Source: Candidatus Margulisiibacteriota bacterium
GTDB taxonomy: Bacteria > Margulisbacteria > Termititenacia > Termititenacales > Termititenacaceae
DNA: 48,253 nt
Direction of reading: 5' to 3'
Assembly: GCA_031279305.1 (NCBI GenBank)
Contig: JAITIS010000045.1
Coordinates: 1-48,253 of the forward strand
The position numbers were made by a program, and so were the translations under genes. How positions within the stretch are numbered: position 1 is the first letter of the stretch; each line of letters starts with the position of its first letter. Shown here piece by piece: positions 1 through 9,457 of this stretch. The notes under the pieces were generated by a model. The model ran no database searches. It was not told the origin of the DNA and worked only from the letters and a program-made list of their open reading frames with translations.

Positions 1-407
1 TTATTGAGCCAGAATTTTACAGCCGCCGCGTTGGTCGTATTAGCCTGCGTGCTGAGGTGTATTTTTACGCTGGCGCTTAAAGAACGGATGAGCTGAAGCA
101 GACCGGGATCGGCGATGATCACCGCGTCTATGCCGATTTTTTCCGCCTCCAGAAAATAGGCGCGGATCAAATCTAAATCATTGTCAAAAGCATAGATATT
201 TAAGGCCAGATAAAATTTGCAACCGTGCTCGTGAGCAAAACGCACGCCTTCACCGAGCTCGGCTGGACTGGAAAAACCCCCGTCCGCGCGCAGGGAGTAA
301 CCGCCGCCGGCATACACTGCGTCCGCGCCGAAACGCACGGCTGTCTGGAGTTTTTCCAGATTGCCGGCAGGCGCCAAAAGCTCCGGCCGTTTTCCGCGCT
401 GGCTCAT
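1..407 (-). CDS. Peptidase U32 family protein, N-terminal 135 codons (gene runs off the left edge)
   Basis: Absent from the ORF track because it is open at the window edge. Reverse-strand ATG at 405-407 is preceded by an in-frame TAA. Translation MSQRGKRPELLAPAGNLEKLQTAVRFGADAVYAGGGYSLRADGGF...IHLSTQANTTN stays open to position 1. The PELLAPAG...GADAVY N-terminus is typical of U32 collagenase-like peptidases. Confidence 0.75.
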   Translation of the reverse strand, partial: MSQRGKRPELLAPAGNLEKLQTAVRFGADAVYAGGGYSLRADGGFSSPAELGEGVRFAHEHGCKFYLALNIYAFDNDLDLIRAYFLEAEKIGIDAVIIADPGLLQLIRSLSASVKIHLSTQANTTNAAAVKFWLN

Positions 408-424
408 AAGAAAATATTATATCA

Positions 425-1390
425 TCAATACAGAAGCATATTGGCCGTGATGCCGAGATAAGCGTAAATATCCGTCTCTGCCCTAGGCGGATTTTGGTAC
501 AGCGCGCCGTAATTGCGGAGTACATCAAACGCGGCGGCGTAGTCATTGCTGGAATGCCAGATAAAAAATCCGTCTGTGCCGGCATCCTCGCAGGCGCGGA
601 TCTGTTCCCGGATATATTTGGCTAACGGCATATCGGCGTAGCTTAAATTCATAGCAAAACCTTGAATGTAGGGGATCATCCGCGCCGGCGTGCCGGCCAG
701 TTTTTGTCTGGCCAGAGTGGATCCCTCCAGCACGGTGCGGTAAGGATTGCCCATTCGCAAGCGGTCGCCGTAAAAATGCGAGGGATATAACATCGGACTG
801 ACCACGTCGAGATATGGAGCCATTCTGATCAAATCCTGTCCGATAATATGGTGCGGCTGATAAGCCACAGAACCGAACACATCCGCGCCGACCGGAATAT
901 TCAGAGTGGCCCGCGCGTCTGCAAGAAATTTTTCAATGATTTCTTTTTTGCGCGGGTCCGGCGAGCCGCGGTCGGAAAACCGTATATAATCGTACTGTAT
1001 TTCCGCGAAGCCTAAACTTTCCGCTTCTCTGGACAACGCTAATTTTTTCTGCCGGTTAGCCGGATCCTCAGCGGTTTGGTAGGTGGCGCCGTCTGCAAAA
1101 ACCACAATGCGCGCGATGCGGTAAAACCCCAGCTTTCCAGCTTCTTGAAAATTTTTTAAGTAGATTGAATTGACGCCGTCGAAATCGCAGATCACGGTGT
1201 TTAGGCTGACCGCTCTGGCTTGCTGTAGGAGCGGCAGACAGCGTTCCGGGTAATTCATTGTCCAGATGCTTAGGTAAATGCCGCACAGCTTGCCGGGGCG
1301 TCGGGATGTATTTTCGGCTGTTTGGCGGGTAAAATTAAAGATAGCGAAAGAAAAACTGCCTAGAACTAATAGGATTAAAAATTTACGCAT
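425..1390 (-). CDS. Secreted putative glycoside hydrolase (DUF4015/GHL-type TIM barrel)
   Basis: 321-aa ORF with a signal-like N-terminus MRKFLILLVLGSFSFAIF. Motifs NTVICDFDG, EIQYDYIRF and SPMLYPSHF resemble the DUF4015 putative glycosyl-hydrolase family. The family call is from memory. Confidence 0.55.
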   Translation of the reverse strand: MRKFLILLVLGSFSFAIFNFTRQTAENTSRRPGKLCGIYLSIWTMNYPERCLPLLQQARAVSLNTVICDFDGVNSIYLKNFQEAGKLGFYRIARIVVFADGATYQTAEDPANRQKKLALSREAESLGFAEIQYDYIRFSDRGSPDPRKKEIIEKFLADARATLNIPVGADVFGSVAYQPHHIIGQDLIRMAPYLDVVSPMLYPSHFYGDRLRMGNPYRTVLEGSTLARQKLAGTPARMIPYIQGFAMNLSYADMPLAKYIREQIRACEDAGTDGFFIWHSSNDYAAAFDVLRNYGALYQNPPRAETDIYAYLGITANMLLY

Positions 1391-1461
1391 CGCGCGAAAA
1401 TTTTAGCCTGACCGGCCGGAAGTGGCAAGGCAAGTGATATAATATCCGCGAGGGGGAGCCG

Positions 1462-3348
1462 ATGTTTCCAGTGATAGATTCAGAAAAAACCGCGGCTTTG
1501 CTGTCTCGTCTGACCGCCGCCGCTACGGAAGAGGCGTTGTTTACGGAAATTATCGCCCTGAGCGGTTGTTATTACGACCGGCTTGGCGGTTCGGCCTCTT
1601 TTGGCGTCTGGTCTCCGCGTCTGGCCGCCGGACAAAAGTTGATTTTGAATATTGCTGTGCCGGCGGATGCTCCGGGCGCCTATACGCTGTTCAAATATGA
1701 TATGCCGCGCCTTGATTCTGCTCTGAAAGCGGGCAGAGATTTTTTTCTGCTGGCGCTGAAAAATATAGAGCCTTTTAGCGCCCCCGGACAGGGCGCTTTG
1801 TATTTCTATACTTTTCCTGAACAGCCTCTGGTTCCGGATATTTATGCTTTTTACCAGCCTTTTGGCGTGGACGGGCCGTCAGCGGTCATTGACCAAGATT
1901 ATCTCTGGCGCTCGGAAAAATCCGGCGGCTCGACGCCAATCTCGATCACCAAACTGCACGTCGGCATCGCCTCGCCCAGCGGAGATTTTGCCGGCCTGCA
2001 AAAAGAAATTATGGAAAATAAATATTTTGCGGCGGTGGACAGTCTGGAATTTCTGCCGCTGGGCGCCTTTCCCGGACGCTGCGGCTGGCGGCTGGAATTA
2101 AATGAAAATCAGCTTTTGGCAGTCAAGACGTCGGAACAAAAGCCGATCAACTGGGGTTATGACGGCGGCCCGGCTTTTATCTTGAGCGTTTCCGAGGCTT
2201 ACGGCCTGCCCGGCCAGTTAAAAGCGCTGGTCGATACGGCGCGGATGCGCGGGATCAAAATCGGGTTTGACATACAGCTTAATCATTTTGGCCCGGAAGG
2301 AGTGTATCAGAATTATTATTTTCCGGAATACATTTCGCCGGAGCAGACAGAATGGGGGGCGCGGCCAAATTTCCGGAACAATTATGTCCGACGCTTATTG
2401 CTGGGTAAATTAAAAGAATTTTGTCTCCTGTACCGGCCGGATTATCTGCGGCTGGATATGAGCTCGCGTTATGGCGATGATGATTTCATCGCGGAGATCT
2501 GTCATCTGCTGCCGGATCTGCCGGTGATTCTGGAGGATGAGCGGCAAAAAAAATGGCTGACTGACTCGGACGGCGCGGGTGCTTTGGCCTGCTGGTCTTT
2601 TCCGGCGGTGCACGATCTGCAAAAAATCCGCGCGGGCAATTTTGCTGTTTTGCCGGAGCTTTTGGCTAAAATCACCTCCGCCGAGCGCCGAGTAATCTTT
2701 GCCAATTCGCACGATGAGCAGGGCAATAACGACGCCCGTCCGGTTTTAGACAAACTGACTCCGGCGCTGGCCGCGCTGGCGAACGGCATCGAGATGAGCT
2801 GGTATGCTTTTGGCTGGTTTCATTTTTTCTGCAATTACCGCGATGATGTGCAGCTGGTGCTGGTTACGGCGGAAAAAAGCGGAGCGATCCGCCATTATCC
2901 GGCTGAGCTTTGGCCGCGGATGACCGCGCTGCATCCTTATTTTCAAGATTTCCAGACCGCGCAGGAATTTTATAATTTCATTCATCATCTCTGGCGGGCG
3001 GAAGTGGCGCCCTGCCGCGGTGATCCCGCCCAGTGCCGTCGTAATGTGCAGGTCTGGATCAGCAATAACGAAATGCTGGCGGTTCTCTGTCTGGCTTTTA
3101 ATCAAATGGTTTTTGCGCTGGCCAATATCGCCAGCTGGACTGCCGATCCGGCTTATTTGGAGTTTATCGGCGCGTTAAAAAAACTGCGCAAAGAAAATCT
3201 ATGGCTGTACCGCGCGTGCTGTTATTACCATATCGATCACGAGCAAAAAAAACTGGCCGTGCTCAGCATCAACGAGCAAACCAAACAGGCTGTCAAACTG
3301 ACTTATTCTTTGGGCGACGATACCAGCGTTAAATTATCTGTATTATAA
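1462..3348 (+). CDS. GH13 alpha-amylase-family enzyme, TreZ/GlgB-like
   Basis: 628-aa ORF. The GH13 conserved regions are visible: FDIQLNHFGPEG (I), DYLRLDMSS (II, nucleophile Asp), VILEDE (III), FANSHDEQGN (IV). It also has NWGYDG and WGARPNF as in trehalohydrolase/branching-type members. Confidence 0.75.
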   Translation: MFPVIDSEKTAALLSRLTAAATEEALFTEIIALSGCYYDRLGGSASFGVWSPRLAAGQKLILNIAVPADAPGAYTLFKYDMPRLDSALKAGRDFFLLALKNIEPFSAPGQGALYFYTFPEQPLVPDIYAFYQPFGVDGPSAVIDQDYLWRSEKSGGSTPISITKLHVGIASPSGDFAGLQKEIMENKYFAAVDSLEFLPLGAFPGRCGWRLELNENQLLAVKTSEQKPINWGYDGGPAFILSVSEAYGLPGQLKALVDTARMRGIKIGFDIQLNHFGPEGVYQNYYFPEYISPEQTEWGARPNFRNNYVRRLLLGKLKEFCLLYRPDYLRLDMSSRYGDDDFIAEICHLLPDLPVILEDERQKKWLTDSDGAGALACWSFPAVHDLQKIRAGNFAVLPELLAKITSAERRVIFANSHDEQGNNDARPVLDKLTPALAALANGIEMSWYAFGWFHFFCNYRDDVQLVLVTAEKSGAIRHYPAELWPRMTALHPYFQDFQTAQEFYNFIHHLWRAEVAPCRGDPAQCRRNVQVWISNNEMLAVLCLAFNQMVFALANIASWTADPAYLEFIGALKKLRKENLWLYRACCYYHIDHEQKKLAVLSINEQTKQAVKLTYSLGDDTSVKLSVL

Positions 3349-3355
3349 TTCGCTT

Positions 3356-4492
3356 ATGGCTGAGCTTTTTGTTTTTATTTTGGCCGGCGGCTCCGGCACC
3401 AGACTGGCGCCGCTGTCTCTGACTATGGCTGGCAGACTGCCCAAGCAGTTTCTGCCGCTGGTCGGCGAGCGGACAATGTTGCGGCAGACCCTTGACCGTA
3501 TTCCCAAGGGGCGTCTAATAGTGGTGCCGGAAGAACGTTACGCGCCGGCGGTGCGTGAGCAATGCGGGGGAGACGTGCAGGTATTGGCCGAGCCTTTTGG
3601 CTGTAACACCGCGGCGGCGGCGGGCTTGTGCGCTCTGTATGCTTTGCGGGAAACTGGCAGCCTCGACACCTTGTTATTTTTTCTGCCGGCGGATCATATT
3701 ATGGATAAACAAATTTTTGCGCGGTTGTTTGCGCGGGCGCTGGCGCAGGCCAAAACCGGCAAAATTGTCACTATCGGCGTCACGCCGGACAGGCCGGATA
3801 CTGGCTACGGCTATATCCAGACAGCCGGCTCTGGCCCCGTATTGCCTGTATTATCTTTCGTGGAAAAACCGGATCTGCCGACTGCCCAAAAGTATCTGGC
3901 GGCAGGTAATTATTTTTGGAACGCCGGCATATTTGCAATGCAGACCGGGGTGGCTCTGGACGCGCTGCGCCGCGACGCGCCGGAGATTTACGCGGAGCTG
4001 CGCGGCATTGATTTTGCGAAAGATTTGTCCGCGGAGATCGCCAGACAATATCAGAAAATTAAAGATAAAAAACAAAATATCTCGATTGACTATGCCGTGA
4101 TGGAAAAAGAAGCGAAAAATATGCTGCTTATTCCCGCCCCGGCGACGCTGGACTGGAACGATGTTGGTGGCTGGATCGCTCTGAAAAAATATTATCCGCA
4201 GGATGCCGCCGGCAATTTGATTATCAATTATACTCCAGACCGGATACAGATTTCCGGCCTGCGGGACGCGCTAGTGGTGGATACGGAAAACGGCATTTTG
4301 CTCTGTCCGCAGGCTCTGGCGCCGCGGGCCAAAGAGATTATTCCAGGCATTGAAAAGGGACTGCGGACGGAATGTCTGGACTGTGAAAATATTGCAACGG
4401 AAAACACAACTGAACGATATATTGGTGTGCTTGGTTTAAGCCGTATCAGAGTATTTTACCGGGCAGGATTTTTGCGAATTGATAAAATATAA
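3356..4492 (+). CDS. Mannose-1-phosphate guanylyltransferase-like nucleotidyltransferase
   Basis: 378-aa ORF. N-terminal FILAGGSGTRLAPLS sugar-nucleotidyltransferase motif, plus LPKQFLPL, FLPADH and GYGYI. No C-terminal isomerase/cupin part is obvious. Confidence 0.8.
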   Translation: MAELFVFILAGGSGTRLAPLSLTMAGRLPKQFLPLVGERTMLRQTLDRIPKGRLIVVPEERYAPAVREQCGGDVQVLAEPFGCNTAAAAGLCALYALRETGSLDTLLFFLPADHIMDKQIFARLFARALAQAKTGKIVTIGVTPDRPDTGYGYIQTAGSGPVLPVLSFVEKPDLPTAQKYLAAGNYFWNAGIFAMQTGVALDALRRDAPEIYAELRGIDFAKDLSAEIARQYQKIKDKKQNISIDYAVMEKEAKNMLLIPAPATLDWNDVGGWIALKKYYPQDAAGNLIINYTPDRIQISGLRDALVVDTENGILLCPQALAPRAKEIIPGIEKGLRTECLDCENIATENTTERYIGVLGLSRIRVFYRAGFLRIDKI

Positions 4493-4593
4493 GAGTAGGC
4501 GTTTTATACTCTATGGCGCGACTGGCTCCAGAATATAACACAGCACCGTAAGCCCTCTGCCGCGGCTGATAAACAGTTAGTATAATTAACAGG

Positions 4594-5862
4594 ATGATTA
4601 TGTATAAAAAGATTATTTTTATTCCAGCAACTCTGCAGGATTATGGACAGACTCTGCGCGATATGTGTGAGCAGGTGTTTGACAGATTGTACAGCCTAGA
4701 GCGGGCGCAATTGCGTGACAATAATCCGGCCCAGCTGAATAGAATGTTAAAGCATTATGATTTGTTTTGGGAAAATATTGTTTGCTTAAAAGATTACACG
4801 GCAGATTCTTTGCGAGAATCCCGCCGGGGAATTTTTAAGATATTCAATGAAGCGGCTATTGAGGATGGCCTGAAATATCTGGCAAAGACCCGGCTTGTTT
4901 TTGCGCGGCATGAGGATTTTCTGACGGCGGCCACGATTTTGCACGATTTAGGCAAGTTCATTGCGGACGCCGATCATCCAGCTATCTCTTTGCGGAAATT
5001 TCAGGATTTATGCGCAAGTGACTTTCACGAGCTGATGGGCACAGATATATATCCGTATTTGTCCGCTATGGATCAAGAAACCAGATATATTATGGGTTTG
5101 TTGATTTATTACCACGGCATTGGCGGGATTTCTTTTGAGGGCAACTTAGGCGTGGTGCAGCAGCTTAAAAAAGATTATGCGCTGGCGCGGAACCTTCCGC
5201 TGGATGAATTTTTAGATATACTGGTTTGTTTTGTCGCGCTGGATAAAGCCTCTGTGGCCAATGCGGCCGGAGACGGATTTTTAAGCTGGTATGATATTCA
5301 ACGTTTACAGAAAATGCTGCATTCTATGCTGGTAGAAGGCCACGAGATTAACACTTTGGAAGACTGGGCGGATATGGTGACCAATCAATTCATAATGAAT
5401 TACTCTCTCAGACAGCAAGCATATAATGTGTATTATCCCTTGTTTGAACAAATAGCTCTAAACTATTTTGCTGAGGTTAAAGAGTCTTTTCTGCGGCAGA
5501 TACGGAACAATTCCAATCAGGCGCCTCTTTTTGGTTATGTAAACAGCTATCTATTTCATTTTGCTTGGAACGGCGATGTGGGCGCGATTTTGAATGAAAA
5601 AATGGCTAAAAATGGTGAACTATTTACAGATATTACTGTTTTAACTAGATTTTTCCTGATTAAAACTGCCGTAGTATTTTTTTATACACAGGAAAAAGAG
5701 GATCTAGACCGGACAGTTCCCTATGCGCAGAGCGGCCAAAAAAATATTTTTGCGGTTAAATCTATTGAGGATATTTACAGAGCGCTTCTGGATTATTTGA
5801 AGACAGGGGAAGCGGTGCGAATTCTAAATATCGCGCCGGAAGAACAGAATAATCCGGGATAG
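4594..5862 (+). CDS. Hypothetical protein with an HD-type motif
   Basis: 422-aa ORF in an AT-richer stretch. FARHEDF...ATILHDLGKFIADADHP looks like the H...HD...D signature of HD phosphohydrolases. I do not recognise the remainder. Confidence 0.5.
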   Translation: MIMYKKIIFIPATLQDYGQTLRDMCEQVFDRLYSLERAQLRDNNPAQLNRMLKHYDLFWENIVCLKDYTADSLRESRRGIFKIFNEAAIEDGLKYLAKTRLVFARHEDFLTAATILHDLGKFIADADHPAISLRKFQDLCASDFHELMGTDIYPYLSAMDQETRYIMGLLIYYHGIGGISFEGNLGVVQQLKKDYALARNLPLDEFLDILVCFVALDKASVANAAGDGFLSWYDIQRLQKMLHSMLVEGHEINTLEDWADMVTNQFIMNYSLRQQAYNVYYPLFEQIALNYFAEVKESFLRQIRNNSNQAPLFGYVNSYLFHFAWNGDVGAILNEKMAKNGELFTDITVLTRFFLIKTAVVFFYTQEKEDLDRTVPYAQSGQKNIFAVKSIEDIYRALLDYLKTGEAVRILNIAPEEQNNPG

Positions 5863-5876
5863 CCCTGCGGCTTCAT

Positions 5877-6893
5877 TTAGGCTAGCTCCCAATTTGGTTT
5901 AGCCTGTATATTTAATTCGGCAAAATGCCCAGTCTTGTACGAGCGAATGGCCGCGCCGGCGATCATCGCCGCGTTGTCTGTGCAGAGCCGCAAGTCCGGT
6001 ATATGCACCTGCAAGCCCCGCATTTCTCCAGCGGATTTGAGCGCGCGGCGCAGAGTTTGATTAGCCGCCACGCCGCCGGCCAGATAGATGTTGCTGATCT
6101 GATATTCCTGAGCCGCGGCCAGCGTGTTGGTGACGAGCATTTCCACGGCTGTTTGCTGAAAAGCCGCGCAGATGTCCTCCATTCTAGCCTCAGGATGAGC
6201 GCGGCGGTAATTAAGCGCGCCGGTTTTTAAGCCGCTAAAACTGAAGTCGAATTTATTCTCCGGCGCGCGGATTTTGGCGCGGGTAAATTTTATTTTTTCC
6301 GCATTGCCGTTTTGCGCGGCTTGGTCTACAGCCGGTCCGCCGGGGTAGCCGAGTTTGAGTATTCTGGCTGCTTTGTCATAGGCCTCGCCCGCCGCGTCAT
6401 CAATAGTGCGTCCAACTGTCCGGTAAACTCCGGCAGCCGGCGACAGAACTATCTGCGTGTGCCCGCCGCTGACGATGAGGCAGAGAAAAGGATATGGCGC
6501 CTCTAGTTTAGACGGTGCGTCTAAGGCAACAAAATTGGCGAAAATATGACCTTCCAGATGATTGACGGCGATCAGCGGTTTTTGGTGAATATAGGCGAGC
6601 GTTTTGGCGGCCTGCAGTCCGACGAGCAGCGCGCCGAGAAGTCCCGGCCCCTGCGTGACGGCTACAGCGGCAATATCCCGCGCTGGCTGTCCGGCTTTTT
6701 GCAGCGCCTCTGCGATGACCAAATTAACCGCCTCGACGTGCATACGCGCTGCTATTTCCGGGATAACTCCGCCATAGTCTTTGTGCGTGTTGATCTGCGT
6801 GGCAATAATATTACTGTGAATGACGCCGTCTGTGCCGACTACCGCGGCGGCGGTCTCATCGCAAGAGGTCTCGATGCCGAGCAGGCAATCCAT
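5877..6893 (-). CDS. tsaD: tRNA N6-adenosine threonylcarbamoyltransferase
   Basis: 338-aa ORF. GIETSCDETAAAVV N-terminus, VNHLEGH and VSGGHTQ motifs typical of TsaD/Kae1/Gcp. Confidence 0.93.
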   Translation of the reverse strand: MDCLLGIETSCDETAAAVVGTDGVIHSNIIATQINTHKDYGGVIPEIAARMHVEAVNLVIAEALQKAGQPARDIAAVAVTQGPGLLGALLVGLQAAKTLAYIHQKPLIAVNHLEGHIFANFVALDAPSKLEAPYPFLCLIVSGGHTQIVLSPAAGVYRTVGRTIDDAAGEAYDKAARILKLGYPGGPAVDQAAQNGNAEKIKFTRAKIRAPENKFDFSFSGLKTGALNYRRAHPEARMEDICAAFQQTAVEMLVTNTLAAAQEYQISNIYLAGGVAANQTLRRALKSAGEMRGLQVHIPDLRLCTDNAAMIAGAAIRSYKTGHFAELNIQAKPNWELA

Positions 6894-6979
6894 TATTTAA
6901 GGATAACAGAATAGCTTAAACAAGTGCAAGCCGGACGGAATTTTATTGCCACGCGCTTTATTCTCTGTTAAACTAGCGC

Positions 6980-7130
6980 CACTTTCGAAGCAAGGAAAGC
7001 AGGGCGCAATTCCCTCGTTGACCCGCAGCCGTATAACCGGAACGCTTGCAGGGAAAGAATTCTGGTCGAGGAGCTGCCATTATGCGGATAAATTTTATGT
7101 CTTAGTTTTCACTGACAAAAATTTTAGGAG
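6980..7130 (+). promoter_or_regulatory. Cobalamin (B12) riboswitch-like leader of metE
   Basis: It follows a TTGCCA-17-TAAACT promoter (6946-6974). It contains the hairpin GGAAAGCAGGGCGCAATTCCCT and the core TTGACCCGCAGCCGTATAA (7018-7036). That core resembles the conserved core as I recall it from E. coli btuB (GACGCGCAGCGGTAAGG). A B12-box-like GGTCGAGGAGCTGCC lies at 7064-7078. metE is a classic B12-riboswitch target. Confidence 0.65.
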
Positions 7131-7135
7131 GAAAA

Positions 7136-9421
7136 ATGCAGACTACAATAGTAGGCTATCCGCGTCTTGGCGCGCAGAGGGAGTTGAAAAAATATACTGA
7201 GCGGTATTTTCGCGGGGAAATAACGCAGGCTGAGCTGCTGGGTTCCGCGGAAAAATTAAAAGAAGCGCAGTGGCTGCGGCAGCGGGAAAAAGGCTTGGAT
7301 ATTTCTCCAGTCAATGATTTTTCTTTTTACGATAATATGCTGGATACGGCTTGGTTATTGAATATAACCCCGGAACGCTACCAAAGACTAGACTTGCCGG
7401 CGCTGGACGTTTATTTTGCTATGGCCAGAGGTTATCAGCGGGACGGACAGGATGTGCGGGCTTTGAAAATGCGCAAATGGTTTAACACCAATTATCATTA
7501 TTTAGTTCCGGAAATTGAAACCGGCGTTAAACCTGAAATTCAGCCGGATAAATTATTTCAGGAATGTGCGGCGGCGGAAAAACTGGGGCTGTCTTATCGT
7601 CCGGCGCTGATCGGCCCTTATACTTTTTTGCGGCTTAGCCTCAATAAATCCGGTAAAAGTCTGGCTGTTCTGGCCGCTGAACTGGCCGCGGCTTACGGCG
7701 CGGTGTTTTCCAGTCTGGCTGCCTATCGCTGTGAGTATATTCAGCTGGATGAACCGGCTCTGGCTCTGGATTTGACTGCGGAGGACGCGGCCCTTTTTGA
7801 GCGGATTTATCTGCCGCTGCTGGCAGACAAACACGGTAAAAAAATTCTTTTGCAGACTTATTTCGGCGATATACGGGACATATACGCTAAAGTTAGACTT
7901 CTGGATTTTGACGCTATCGGGCTGGATCTAGTCGAAGGCGGACGCAATTTGGAGCTGCTGGAGCAATATGGTTTTCCCGGCGCTCAAAAACTGTATGCCG
8001 GATTGATCAGCGGTAAAAATATCTGGCTGAATGATTATCAAAAAAGTCTGGCGGTTATAGGCAGGCTGGCTAAAACTGTCGCGCGGGAACAGCTGGTGCT
8101 GACCACGTCGTGTTCCCTGCTGCACGTACCGTATTCTGTGCGCTATGAACATAAACTGGCGGAAAAATATAAAGAGCAGCTGGCTTTTGCGGAAGAAAAA
8201 TTAGAAGAACTACGCATTCTGAAAACTCTGGCGAAAAATCCCGATGCAGAGATACTGCGGCGCAATCAGGAAATCATACTGGCCAGACAGAATGATCCGG
8301 ATTTTCTAAACGCCGGAGTCAGAGAGCAGGCGCGGCAGGCCGCCGCGGAGATTGTCCGCCGGCCCGGATTTGCCGGGCGCCAGATTAAACAGCAAGGTGT
8401 ACTAAATCTGCCTCTCCTGCCCGCAACCACGATCGGTTCTTTTCCGCAGACGCCGGAGGTGCGCGGCTGGCGCAGAGACTATAAACAGGGACGGCTGTCC
8501 GCGGCGGAATATAAAGACCGCATTAAGGATAAAATAAAAACGCTCATTGCCCTGCAGGAAGAACTTGATCTGGACGTGCTGGTGCACGGCGAGTACGAAC
8601 GCAATGATATGGTGGAATATTTCGGCGAGCATTTGCAGGGTTTTATTTTTACCGAAAACGGCTGGGTGCAATCTTACGGCACCAGAGGGGTAAAGCCACC
8701 GCTTATTTTTGGCGATGTGGCGCGTCCGGAGTCTTTTACCGTGGAATGGATAAAATACGCCCAGTCTCTAACCGCCAAACCGGTCAAAGGCATGCTGACC
8801 GGCCCCGTCACTATTCTTAATTGGTCTTTTCCCAGAGAGGATATTCCGTTATCCCAGATTGCTTATCAGATCGCTCTGGCCATACAAGCCGAAGTGCTGG
8901 ACTTAGAAAAAAACGGCATAAAAATTATCCAGATCGATGAAGCCGCTTTGCGGGAAAAACTGCCCCTGCGCCGGGCGGACTGGCAGGATTATTTGGATTG
9001 GGCGATCAAAGCCTTTCGGCTGACGCATTATCTGGTGAAACCGGAAACCCAGATTCATACGCATATGTGTTACAGTGAATTTGAGGACATCATCGAGGCG
9101 CTCAAGGCGCTGGACGCTGATGTGCTGACCGTCGAAGCGGCCCGCTCCGATTTGACTTTGCTGGCCAGTCTGGTTGATTACGGCGGATATGTCGGGCCGG
9201 GTATTTATGACATTCATTCGCCGCGGGTGCCCTCGGTTGATGAACTGGTTAGTATTTTGGAAAAAATGTGCTCCAAATTGGACGCCGCGAAACTCTGGGT
9301 AAACCCGGACTGCGGGCTGAAGACCAGAACAGAAAACGAGGCGATTGCCAGCCTGCGCAATATGACGGCGGCCGCTGCCCGGATGCGGGAAAAGGTTTAC
9401 CATTTGGCCAAAAGCAAGTAA
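7136..9421 (+). CDS. metE: Cobalamin-independent methionine synthase
   Basis: 761-aa ORF with MQTTIVGYPRLG N-terminus and a duplicated Meth_synt architecture. The C-terminal half has IGSFPQT, HTHMCYSEF and NPDCGLKTR motifs. Confidence 0.95.
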   Translation: MQTTIVGYPRLGAQRELKKYTERYFRGEITQAELLGSAEKLKEAQWLRQREKGLDISPVNDFSFYDNMLDTAWLLNITPERYQRLDLPALDVYFAMARGYQRDGQDVRALKMRKWFNTNYHYLVPEIETGVKPEIQPDKLFQECAAAEKLGLSYRPALIGPYTFLRLSLNKSGKSLAVLAAELAAAYGAVFSSLAAYRCEYIQLDEPALALDLTAEDAALFERIYLPLLADKHGKKILLQTYFGDIRDIYAKVRLLDFDAIGLDLVEGGRNLELLEQYGFPGAQKLYAGLISGKNIWLNDYQKSLAVIGRLAKTVAREQLVLTTSCSLLHVPYSVRYEHKLAEKYKEQLAFAEEKLEELRILKTLAKNPDAEILRRNQEIILARQNDPDFLNAGVREQARQAAAEIVRRPGFAGRQIKQQGVLNLPLLPATTIGSFPQTPEVRGWRRDYKQGRLSAAEYKDRIKDKIKTLIALQEELDLDVLVHGEYERNDMVEYFGEHLQGFIFTENGWVQSYGTRGVKPPLIFGDVARPESFTVEWIKYAQSLTAKPVKGMLTGPVTILNWSFPREDIPLSQIAYQIALAIQAEVLDLEKNGIKIIQIDEAALREKLPLRRADWQDYLDWAIKAFRLTHYLVKPETQIHTHMCYSEFEDIIEALKALDADVLTVEAARSDLTLLASLVDYGGYVGPGIYDIHSPRVPSVDELVSILEKMCSKLDAAKLWVNPDCGLKTRTENEAIASLRNMTAAAARMREKVYHLAKSK

Positions 9422-9457
9422 AATAACCCGTATTTTGAGTGTTTGGAGCGGAAAATT

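Noticed and set aside
225-585. 78-aa plus and 111-aa minus ORFs at the left end
   Set aside because: They overlap the U32 peptidase frame (1-407) and the end of the DUF4015 hydrolase. The U32 frame has a textbook N-terminus.
6946-7200. 84-aa ORF upstream of and overlapping the metE start
   Set aside because: The region is better explained as a promoter plus a cobalamin riboswitch. A SAM (S-box) riboswitch was also considered, but its conserved elements are not present.
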